In this document: positions 1 to 8,115 of the stretch, piece by piece
Layout of the letters: each line of letters opens with the position of its first letter
How positions within the stretch are numbered: position 1 is the stretch's first letter
DNA from: Desulfobacterales bacterium
Lineage (GTDB): Bacteria > Desulfobacterota > Desulfobacteria > Desulfobacterales > B30-G6
DNA length: 46,012 bases
Assembly: GCA_029940035.1 (NCBI GenBank)
Contig: JAOZRT010000006.1
Coordinates: forward strand, 1-46,012
Reading direction: 5' to 3'
The notes under the pieces: generated by a model
What the model saw: the letters and a program-made list of their open reading frames with translations, nothing else
The model's database searches: none
What the model was told of the DNA's origin: nothing
Program-made: the position numbers and the translations under genes

Positions 1-2655
1 ACCGTCATATTCCAGGGCGAACACCTGCCAGTAGTAGGTGGTGCCGTCAGCCAGGCCAGTGGGCATGTAGGTGTTGTTGTAGGTGAGAGCAGTGATAACC
101 GGTATGCTCATATCGGCATTGACCGACACCTGCACCAGGTAGCCGGCAGTGTCATGCTGACGTTGCCATTCAAGGGTATCCTGGCCGTTGGCGATTATGG
201 CGCCGTCGGCCGGAGCTGTGAGCATTGGCATGCCCGCCGGGACGGTGATGGTGGTGTAGAAGTTATAGGAAACCTCATCGATAACGCCATCGTTGTTCAG
301 GTCCCTGGCAGTGGAGGTCCGGTAGCCGTTGGCATCGTAGGTGTAGGTGTAAACTTCATCGACAGTGCCGTCACCATCGCTGTCTAAGCTGCTGGAGGTA
401 AGGTAACCGTTTTCATCATATGTCCAGGTTTGGATCTGATCCCAGCTGCCGTCGCCGTCACTGTCGTAGCTGTAGGAGGTTTGATAATTGTTGGTATCGT
501 AGGTCCAGGTGCTGATCCAATCCCAGCTCCCGTCGCCATCGCCGTCATAGGATTGTTGGGTGCGGTTGCCGTTGGTATCGTAGGTGTTGCTCTCCCGGGT
601 GTAATCGGCAGTGCCGTTCATGTCCGTGTCCACCGTGATGGTCAACACCTGGTTGTTCAGGTTGTAAGTGTAGGTATGCATTTCATCCGGTACGGTATCA
701 CCGTCATTGTCATAGGCGATGGTGGTAATATTCCAGTTTTCGTCATATGTTTCCGTTCTGATGGTGTCGAAGGTGCCGTCATCGTCCGTATCCCTGGAAA
801 CAATGTAGGTCGATTGGGCGCCACTGGCATAGTAGGTGTAGCCGTAAGCGTCATCGATGTTGCCGTTGCCGTCCCAGTCATAGGTTTCTGCGATCCTGCG
901 GCCGTTGGCGTCGTAGGTTGCGGTGTAGACATAGTCCGCACTGCCGTCGCCGTCGTAATCATAGGACGCGAATGTCTGCCGGCCGTCGGCATCGTAGGTC
1001 CAGACGTTGATCTCATTTGGGGTGCCGTCACCGTCCCAGTCATATTCCGCGCGGGTGCGATAGCCGTTGGCGTCGTAGGTGTTGCTCTGTTCGGTATAAT
1101 CGACACTACCGTCGTTGTCCGTGTCCACTTCGATGGTCAACAGGTGCCCCTGGTCATCATACGTCCAGGTATACACTTTGTCCATCGTGCCGTCGCCATC
1201 GTCGTCATGGCTCCGGGAGGTGATCCAGCCGTTTTCATCATAAACACTGGTTTGGGTACTTTCATAGACGCCGTCATCTCCGGAGTCGTAGCCGTAGAAG
1301 ATTTGCCTACCGTTTTCATCGTATTGATAATAATAGGCATACTCGACAACACCGTCACCGTCATTGTCACGGGCATAGCGGATTTGATTACCATTGGCGT
1401 CGTACTCATAATACCGGGCCCAGTCAGGGGAGCCATCGCCGTCGCCGTCATAGCCGTAGAAAATTTGGCGGCCGTTTGCGTCGTATTCGTAGTAATAGGC
1501 CCATTCGGGCGTGCCATCGGCATTAGAATCGTTGATCTCGGCGGTTCTCCGGCCATCGTCATTGAAAAGGATGGTGGTGATAGAATTTAAATCGCCGTCC
1601 CCGTCGCTGTCAATTCCGTAGGCTACCTGCACGGTGATGTCGCGCACGGAGAACCCGATCAAAGCCGATCCGCTGCCGTTGTTGCCGCTGGCATCGCGGG
1701 CATACACTTTCCAGTAGTAATCAGTAGCCAAAGACAGGTCGGAAGAGGAATAGTATGTATCACCGGTAGTGGTGTCCACCACCGGGCTGCTGAGGTCTTG
1801 GTTTACGGACACCACGATGCGGTAGTCCGTGGCCTGGTCCACCGTAGACCAGTTAAAATTAAAGCCTTTGGATACGGAATATCCTTCATCCGGGTAGGAG
1901 GGGCTGGGGGCTGCAATGGTGGTGAATTCTCGGATGGATGATTCAGCCAGGACTTCGCCGTCCGAGTTCAGGGCACTTATCTGCCAGTAGTAGGTGGTGC
2001 CGTCGATCAGCCCGCTGGGCTGATTCGTCAGATCCGTGATGATAGTATCAATAGTCGGCGAGCTGAGGTCGCTGTTTTCGGAGATCACGATACGATAACT
2101 GGTTGCCATGCTGAACGCGTTCCAGGCAGTACTGAAGTCCCGGGTATCCGGTGTAATGCCGTCGGCCGGGGCGGTTACCCAGGGGTCGGCCTCAACCGCG
2201 ACGGAAGAGTTAGCACCCTTCACAACATTGATGCTGCGTGATCCGGCATAAATTACACCTTCAGTACTGTCGTGGCCGGTGATCAGCAGGGTGTAGCCGG
2301 AGCCCACCCGGATATTGGCGATTTCGCCTTGTCTGGCAGTGCAATCCCAGGGTCCGCCGGTTTTGAGTTGGGCACCTTGTGAGTTGAATACAATGGCTTG
2401 GACGGTCGAGATCTGGCCGTCTCCTTCCCCGCAGATGTCGCCGATCACTGCTCGGGAGCCGTCATTAATCTGCTGACCGTCGGCACCGTTCCAGACCACG
2501 CTGAAGGGCACCGAACCGGTATCACTGGATATGGCAGATGTATTATTTGCAGTATCCGTATTGCTGTTGCAGCCCGTCAGGAAGACAAGCAGCAGAAACA
2601 TCAGAAAAATAAATCTACTTTTCAGGGGAATGTCTTTGAATATTGACAGTGCCAT
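1..2655 (-). CDS. Giant repeat lipoprotein; the 5' end is complete and the 3' end runs off the window (885 codons visible). It has a lipobox signal peptide, FN3-like 'TTYYW' modules and about 17 tandem DxDGDG + YxYDxNG repeats.
   Basis: Not in the supplied ORF track because there is no stop in the window. I read every plus-strand triplet from position 1 to 2700 and found no tta/cta/tca (minus-strand stops) until tca at 2701-2703. The first in-frame ATG is at 2655, preceded by GAAGGA. The N-terminus is MALSIFKDIPLKSRFIFLMFLLLVFLTGCNSN (lipobox LTGC). Modules end in DGTTYYWQISALNSDGE, ATDYYWKVYARDASGN and DGTTYYWQVFALEYDG. Repeats include DGDGDGSPDWARYYEYDANGNQ, DNDGDGVVEYAYYYQYDENGRQ and DSDGDGSWDQIQTWTYDENGY. 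Confidence 0.85.
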   Translation of the reverse strand, partial: MALSIFKDIPLKSRFIFLMFLLLVFLTGCNSNTDTANNTSAISSDTGSVPFSVVWNGADGQQINDGSRAVIGDICGEGDGQISTVQAIVFNSQGAQLKTGGPWDCTARQGEIANIRVGSGYTLLITGHDSTEGVIYAGSRSINVVKGANSSVAVEADPWVTAPADGITPDTRDFSTAWNAFSMATSYRIVISENSDLSSPTIDTIITDLTNQPSGLIDGTTYYWQISALNSDGEVLAESSIREFTTIAAPSPSYPDEGYSVSKGFNFNWSTVDQATDYRIVVSVNQDLSSPVVDTTTGDTYYSSSDLSLATDYYWKVYARDASGNNGSGSALIGFSVRDITVQVAYGIDSDGDGDLNSITTILFNDDGRRTAEINDSNADGTPEWAYYYEYDANGRQIFYGYDGDGDGSPDWARYYEYDANGNQIRYARDNDGDGVVEYAYYYQYDENGRQIFYGYDSGDDGVYESTQTSVYDENGWITSRSHDDDGDGTMDKVYTWTYDDQGHLLTIEVDTDNDGSVDYTEQSNTYDANGYRTRAEYDWDGDGTPNEINVWTYDADGRQTFASYDYDGDGSADYVYTATYDANGRRIAETYDWDGNGNIDDAYGYTYYASGAQSTYIVSRDTDDDGTFDTIRTETYDENWNITTIAYDNDGDTVPDEMHTYTYNLNNQVLTITVDTDMNGTADYTRESNTYDTNGNRTQQSYDGDGDGSWDWISTWTYDTNNYQTSYSYDSDGDGSWDQIQTWTYDENGYLTSSSLDSDGDGTVDEVYTYTYDANGYRTSTARDLNNDGVIDEVSYNFYTTITVPAGMPMLTAPADGAIIANGQDTLEWQRQHDTAGYLVQVSVNADMSIPVITALTYNNTYMPTGLADGTTYYWQVFALEYDG

Positions 2656-2741
2656 GGTTTTGTCCTTCAATATCTTTATGCTGTCGTTGTTATGAAATAC
2701 TCACTGAGAATAAACATTGCCATTGGCAAGTGGCTAACCGG

Positions 2742-3089
2742 CTACCAGGAAATGGGAACCGTACCAGTGGCGGGTTCTACCGGAGGATCATCACCACCAC
2801 CGCCGCCGCCATCGCTTCCTCCCCCGCCTGCGGCCGCCGCCAGCAACCCCACGAGCACTACTACGGCGCCGATATAGAGCCATTTTTTACTGCCCTTTTT
2901 GGCTGCCTTGTCGTCTTCTACTATGGGGATATCCTCCTCAGGCGATGTCAAAGCCTCGGGCATTTTAGCCGTGATGCCGGTGCCGGTTTTGGCCTTGGCA
3001 TAATAGCCGGCTATGGCACTGCCGGGCAGCTGCATGAACAGGAAGGATAAACAGAGAAAAAGAATCAGCAGTTTTTTTAACCCAATCAT
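2742..3089 (-). CDS. Small exported/membrane protein with a signal peptide, a central hydrophobic helix and a Gly/Asp-rich tail
   Basis: 115-aa ORF. N-terminus MIGLKKLLILFLCLSFLFMQLPGSAIA, TM-like segment WLYIGAVVVLVGLLAAAA, then GGGGSDGGGGGGDD. It sits between two co-oriented genes with short gaps (43 and 86 nt), consistent with one operon. No family recognised. Confidence 0.6.
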   Translation of the reverse strand: MIGLKKLLILFLCLSFLFMQLPGSAIAGYYAKAKTGTGITAKMPEALTSPEEDIPIVEDDKAAKKGSKKWLYIGAVVVLVGLLAAAAGGGGSDGGGGGGDDPPVEPATGTVPISW

Positions 3090-3132
3090 ATTTCAGCCTC
3101 CAGGTGTTATGGAACAAAGGTTACAGGGCGGT

Positions 3133-4050
3133 CTATCCAGCTCCTCCGGCAGCAGCCTTGGAAATCTGGTATTGAATCAAATGCTCGGCACGATCCTCCA
3201 GGGGGATGCCCACGATCTGGCGGATCAGAGCTTCTATAAATGCGGTTTGGCCATTGTAAATACCGAACACGCCCTCCTGGATGTCAGCATTCTCGAAGTC
3301 AAAGGGCTGCTGGAGGGCCAGCACGTAAACAGCCTCCTTGGCAATGGTTTTGTCCGGCGGAGTGTAGACCTTGAGGACAATGCCTTTTTGACGATCTCCG
3401 GCATCAGGTATGGTGTAAGCTTTATTGGATTCCAGGAAGTTGTTGGTTCGGTACTGGTTGGGGATCAGTTTGAGGACCTTCTGGTCTTCAAGCAGAATGA
3501 AAATGCAGTAAAAGCAATCCTTAGTAGTCTTTAGGCTGATCTCCATCTCCTGGCCATTGTTGAAATTCGTCCTGTTCAAGGCGGCTTCAATTTGAAAGGA
3601 GGGGTCGTGACTCTCAAACTTTTCCACCACCCCCACTTTCATTTTGATTCTGTACATGGGTGATGAATCGTTTTGCCCCCCGGACTGGCCACCATCGTTT
3701 TCCTCGATGATTTCGCTTTCAACAATTTTTGCGTAGGGGATGGCCCCGATCATGGACCCCGACAATTTAAGGTTGACCAGCAAAGTTTCCATGGAGATAT
3801 TCACCACCACAGCTTCTTCAATGGCTTTCCACTCGGCAATTTCGATGGCCGCTTCCCTGGCTTGCTCCACATTGTCATCAACAATGGGCGCTGCAGCCTC
3901 CACCGTGACCCAGGTGATGTCCTGTGTGGCGGCTGTATGGCCCGGCAGCATGAGGAAAACGATCATTACCGCCAGAAAATGTGGCATGCATGCATGGCGT
4001 ACGATCAACAACCGGTTCGCTGTCAGGTTTGTGTGTCTGAAATCAGGCAT
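3133..4050 (-). CDS. Exported protein with an LPP20/FlgT_N-like N-terminal domain and a C-terminal DUF4384-like domain
   Basis: 305-aa ORF, 20 nt downstream of the caspase gene. The signal-like segment is FLAVMIVFLMLPGHTAA (an alternative ATG is at 3987). The C-terminal stretch GQEMEISLKTTKDCFYCIFILLEDQKVLKLIPNQ...AYTIPD...EAVYVLALQQP fits the DUF4384 pattern as I remember it; that domain is often associated with caspase-domain proteins. Confidence 0.8.
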   Translation of the reverse strand: MPDFRHTNLTANRLLIVRHACMPHFLAVMIVFLMLPGHTAATQDITWVTVEAAAPIVDDNVEQAREAAIEIAEWKAIEEAVVVNISMETLLVNLKLSGSMIGAIPYAKIVESEIIEENDGGQSGGQNDSSPMYRIKMKVGVVEKFESHDPSFQIEAALNRTNFNNGQEMEISLKTTKDCFYCIFILLEDQKVLKLIPNQYRTNNFLESNKAYTIPDAGDRQKGIVLKVYTPPDKTIAKEAVYVLALQQPFDFENADIQEGVFGIYNGQTAFIEALIRQIVGIPLEDRAEHLIQYQISKAAAGGAG

Positions 4051-4070
4051 CGCTTCAATTTCCGGATAGC

Positions 4071-5342
4071 CTATTGGCTGATAACACGGCCGATAGCCAT
4101 GTCCCGCAAATTATCTATCGGCGGGTTGATGCTTGGCACCTGTTCGGCTCCCATCCGGCGCGCCACCCTGGGAACATGCATGGCGATATAGTCAAACATC
4201 TCCTTGACACTGACCCATTGATCTTCGTCCTTGTCCGCCTCCCCTTTGAGTCCCTTGAGCATATAATAGGTGAACAAGCCGTGTTCGGCATCGGGGTAGG
4301 CATTGCTCGTTTGCCCCTGGGAGGCAGCACTGAAGGCGATGACATTGTCGTTCTTGAGTTTTATGTCCTGCACATGCATCAAAGCGGGTCGTATTCCCTC
4401 AGCTAACATATCTGCTGCACGGGATGCCACCCCGCTGAAACACGAATCCAGGAAGACATAGGTCTGCCGCAGGTTCATCTTTTCGAGATCCTGGTATAGT
4501 TTTTGGAGCTTGTAGCCGGTCTGCTCGATAAAGCGAATATCGCCGTCATAGGGAACCAGGTAGGGGTCGCCCTTTTTCATACCCGGCGCACCATGGCCGG
4601 CGAAGTACACATACAGAGTCGTTCCTTTGCTGGTGTTGGCTGGGATATAACTTTCGAGATAACCCTCGATTTGGCCTTTGGTGGCCTCGCTATCGATGAG
4701 GGTAACAACATTCTCTTCTGGCACGCCCAGCACCTTGATGAAGTATTCCCGGATGATCAGGGCGTCCTTCCGGGCATAATCGACACTCGGCAGGTGTGCA
4801 TAATCTTGTACGCCGATCACCAGCCCCCAGTCCTGGAGGAGCGGTTTGGTGGCAATTTCAGGGCCTAACTCCAGGGTGTCGGTGAGGGAGGCCAGCATAA
4901 AGGTTTCAGAGTCCGCCATCTCGTCGTTGACAAAGACCTTGACGCTCCATTGGCCAGGCATATTGGCGGCATTGTCCCCTTTGACCATGATGCTGTGCCA
5001 TGCGGTGGCCTTCTTCATGTATTTGCCCTTAGAGATTTTCAAAGGGAATTCATCGGTGGTATGATAGAGATTTCCCTGGGGGTCATACCACTCCCACCTG
5101 AGATTGTGAACGCCGGATAGATTTTCAAATTTCAGATGGGCCACGATCTCTTCATCCGTGGTGGAGAATTCATTGGTGGGTTGCCTGGGTATGGCCTCAT
5201 TTGCCTGCCGCTCGACGCTTTTAGCCATGGTCAAGCCATGGTACTTCAAGGGCGGCTTTTTTTGTACTTGTTTTGATGAACTGCATGAAAAAATGAATAG
5301 AACGACTAAAACAAAGACTAATGCTTTTGGGGAAAAATTCAT
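4071..5342 (-). CDS. Exported peptidase C14 (caspase/orthocaspase-like) protein with an N-terminal beta-rich domain
   Basis: The catalytic dyad motifs are intact: YVYFAGHG (His) and VFLDSCFSG (Cys). The ORF track starts it at 5405, but the ATG at 5342 is preceded by GAGGTG (6 nt spacer) and gives a signal peptide, MNFSPKALVFVLVVLFIFSCSSSK (possible lipoprotein Cys). Confidence 0.9.
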   Translation of the reverse strand: MNFSPKALVFVLVVLFIFSCSSSKQVQKKPPLKYHGLTMAKSVERQANEAIPRQPTNEFSTTDEEIVAHLKFENLSGVHNLRWEWYDPQGNLYHTTDEFPLKISKGKYMKKATAWHSIMVKGDNAANMPGQWSVKVFVNDEMADSETFMLASLTDTLELGPEIATKPLLQDWGLVIGVQDYAHLPSVDYARKDALIIREYFIKVLGVPEENVVTLIDSEATKGQIEGYLESYIPANTSKGTTLYVYFAGHGAPGMKKGDPYLVPYDGDIRFIEQTGYKLQKLYQDLEKMNLRQTYVFLDSCFSGVASRAADMLAEGIRPALMHVQDIKLKNDNVIAFSAASQGQTSNAYPDAEHGLFTYYMLKGLKGEADKDEDQWVSVKEMFDYIAMHVPRVARRMGAEQVPSINPPIDNLRDMAIGRVISQ

Positions 5343-6224
5343 GATACACCTCGCAAGGATTGAGGATAGAGAACATTTTTGAAGTGGTTTAAAATTCCGG
5401 TTCACCCCCCGATCACGGTGCTACGGGTTCTAAAAAATACTCACATGCACTGTTGCATCCTTTCCTTTTTATTGGTGTACACCCAATACTTGGGTGTGAC
5501 CTGAAGTTTTAATCTGCTTCTTGTGATGGTACTGTATATGTATGAATAAAGTTGTATTTAGGATCAACGTTTTCGGCTGTTGGCTGATACAAACAGGATA
5601 TTCGCCTGGATGCTGATGATATTGCTTCGCCAAATCCTTAATATTTATCCATATTAAATCACAGGAGCAGTCGGGAGTCAAGTAAAAACCCAATCGGCAA
5701 ACCCATGACCTGATGCCGGATGCCCTATTTGGCCTAAGACAGGGCAAATTATCATCTAATCTCCTAAAATCGCTCAATTTTAATAGTGTTTGAGGCAAAA
5801 TGTCTTTACAGTGATCAATCTTAAAAGATAGCGCACGGCAAATCATGTTTCGGAACGTGATTTTGCCAAACGCTATAAGCTGAACACCGTAGGCTGAGTC
5901 AGGGTATTGAAATCCTGGGAGGTCAGGGCTTAAAAGAGAGAAAAGAGATATAGTTGGAGAGAAATGTCATTCAACCCAGGTTTAAGGTTGACCCAAAAAA
6001 TTCAGCGCGTTATATGAAATGAATCCACCTACAGAATGAATCTATAAAGCAAAAAATGAATTTTAATCATCGATCGAATTAGATAATCCATAGCTGCCTT
6101 TTGGGGTTTGCATTTTCAGGGTTTCAAGATGAAAGAACATCTTTCTTTACTTCCCTTCTATACAGACTGTCGATTGTTCAGCTACATTTTAACATTTTGA
6201 TTAGTATATGAAAAGGAATAGGAA

Positions 6225-7010
6225 ATGAAAAAAATATGGATAACCTCGATGGACTCTGCAAAGGACAAGATTTCCCAGTTAGCTGCTGTTGTGCAAAAAT
6301 TCGGGCTGGCCATGGAAGGGCATATCTGGGAGGATGACAACAAAAAGATGCCTTGGATTCAGGTTAGGGATGCGGTTACGCATTCCGACATCGGTCTCTG
6401 GGCAATTGTTGCTTCAGGTGAAGATCTGGCCAGTGCATCCATCACCTATGGCTTGTCCATGCTGGCTGTGATTGTGCAGGCGGAACGGGGAAAGGGTTTA
6501 CCCATAGTCATCCTCCAGGCCGGGGGGGAGCCAATTACCCCTGCGGCGCTGCCAACGCCCTTCCAAGATGTAGATTTGTTTTCCCTGGAAGATTCAGGTC
6601 TGGGGGCAAAGTTGGTGGCCAGAATGCATGGCACCCATAAGGCCATGGTTTCGGAATATCTTCTGAACATTCACGGCAATGACCAGGTGGGGCAATGGTT
6701 CGAGCTGAGACCACAGCATAAATCCTGGTCAGGGGTAATTTTTGGTGTTACAGGGGCTGAAATAGCCTTTCAGGCGGTGGGCCCCCAGGGAAAGCTGCCG
6801 GAAAAATCAACTTTAGAATACCCTGTCCAGGGCATTCAACTCGGCCTGGGGGGGAAAGAGGTGGTGGCGTGGTCTGTGCGGAATGTTCTTGATGCACAAA
6901 CCTCATACTATGTGAAAGTTGAGGGAAGCCCGGATACCATTATATTCGGCCCTTATGCCGAAGGGCAGGAGACGGATCTCTTTGTAGTCAAATTATTGGC
7001 GACAGCATAG
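6225..7010 (+). CDS. Hypothetical protein (261 aa): an alpha/beta N-terminal half followed by a beta-rich C-terminal half
   Basis: Clean ORF with GGAATAGGAA upstream of the ATG. The N-terminus KIWITSMDSAKDKISQLAAVVQKFGLAMEGHIWEDD...DIGLWAIVAS has the strand-helix-strand spacing seen in TIR-like/flavodoxin-like folds, but I see no catalytic Glu. This is a pattern-level impression only. Confidence 0.7.
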   Translation: MKKIWITSMDSAKDKISQLAAVVQKFGLAMEGHIWEDDNKKMPWIQVRDAVTHSDIGLWAIVASGEDLASASITYGLSMLAVIVQAERGKGLPIVILQAGGEPITPAALPTPFQDVDLFSLEDSGLGAKLVARMHGTHKAMVSEYLLNIHGNDQVGQWFELRPQHKSWSGVIFGVTGAEIAFQAVGPQGKLPEKSTLEYPVQGIQLGLGGKEVVAWSVRNVLDAQTSYYVKVEGSPDTIIFGPYAEGQETDLFVVKLLATA

Positions 7011-7216
7011 AAAAGAAATAGACACAAAAACATGAAATTTTAAAATCAAGCGCCATAGAATTGGCAAATCGCACTTTTGTGATTTTGTACCATGTGCCCC
7101 TCTCCGTTCATCCCGGTTGACTTTCGGTGCACAATACGGTATTTAACATCAACAGTTTATTGAGTATTTGAACAAATACTATCAATCCTCAAACCATCGA
7201 AAACGGGGCACAAACC

Positions 7217-7987
7217 ATGGCAGACCTAGAAATCGCTCGCAAGGATTTGGATAACCAACAGTTCATGAATTTGAGGCAGAGCACGGAAAAAATCGTAAGT
7301 ATCCTGGGTAAACGCCTCAAATCGCACCTGGATGTGTTAAAGCCGATCTTCATGCCCCGCAAACTTCTGGGGACCTTTGTCAAAAGTGCGCTGAAGGATG
7401 AAATAATCGGTTCGAACAAGGCCTTTGCGGAACTGCAGAAATGCTATGCCGCGGTATGCGAAAAGCCTTTTGGCTTGCCCAAAAAGCTGCAGGCGCCCCT
7501 GGCACCCATATCCGGCCAGCTGGATGCAGTGCCGTTCAAATATTCAATTTTACTGGGAGAATCCAAAGACAAGCCCATCACTGTTACGGCAGCATCGCGA
7601 TGGATCGTGTCCTACCGTAGCGAATGCCCCTTCAGCCGTTTAAAAGCCATGATCGCTGGAGATGAAACCCGTCAGACAGAGGATATGAAACAGTCGCTCA
7701 TCGATCACCTGGCCCTGGTGGTATTCCTGAAAAAGTTTCCGGCCCTGGGGCAGCTGTTGAATGACCTGAGGTATGATGTGGAGGTCGTTAAATTGGATGA
7801 TCTTGGTGGGTTGCCAGTAGTGACCCTGAAGGCATCCATCAGCACCTTTTTACCACCCAACGACTTTATCCTACAGGTTACTCAGCTTTCCGGCATTCCC
7901 GCTTTTCAGGAGATCATCGACATGGAAGCGCTGGAAATTATTCCCGACCCCCTCAAAAACGAATTGCTGGTGGCAATAGAGAAATAG
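7217..7987 (+). CDS. Hypothetical protein (256 aa); no recognisable family
   Basis: Clean ORF 206 nt downstream of the previous gene and convergent with the sheath-like gene. No signal peptide or TM segment is evident. Confidence 0.7.
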   Translation: MADLEIARKDLDNQQFMNLRQSTEKIVSILGKRLKSHLDVLKPIFMPRKLLGTFVKSALKDEIIGSNKAFAELQKCYAAVCEKPFGLPKKLQAPLAPISGQLDAVPFKYSILLGESKDKPITVTAASRWIVSYRSECPFSRLKAMIAGDETRQTEDMKQSLIDHLALVVFLKKFPALGQLLNDLRYDVEVVKLDDLGGLPVVTLKASISTFLPPNDFILQVTQLSGIPAFQEIIDMEALEIIPDPLKNELLVAIEK

Positions 7988-8115
7988 CCTGCCAAGTGTT
8001 CAGCCACGCTTGCTTTATCGGTTCTCGGAATTTTATCCGCCTTCGCAGAAGACCATGGGTATGCCCGTGGATCCATGCGATGAAGATAAAAGGGCTGGTA
8101 ACGAAGTCGGTGGCC

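Noticed and set aside
430-1590. A 386-aa plus-strand ORF and the minus-strand ORFs 657-1106 and 1137-1562 from the ORF track
   Set aside because: Their products are implausible V/G/I-rich or T/P/M-rich strings. They are frame shadows of the repeat-rich gene on the minus strand (frame open 1-2700), whose product has a lipobox signal peptide and coherent domain repeats.
5469-5846. A 125-aa minus-strand ORF in the long AT-rich gap
   Set aside because: It is Cys/His/Leu-rich with no RBS or motifs, and it lies in what is most likely the divergent promoter region. It is treated as non-coding.
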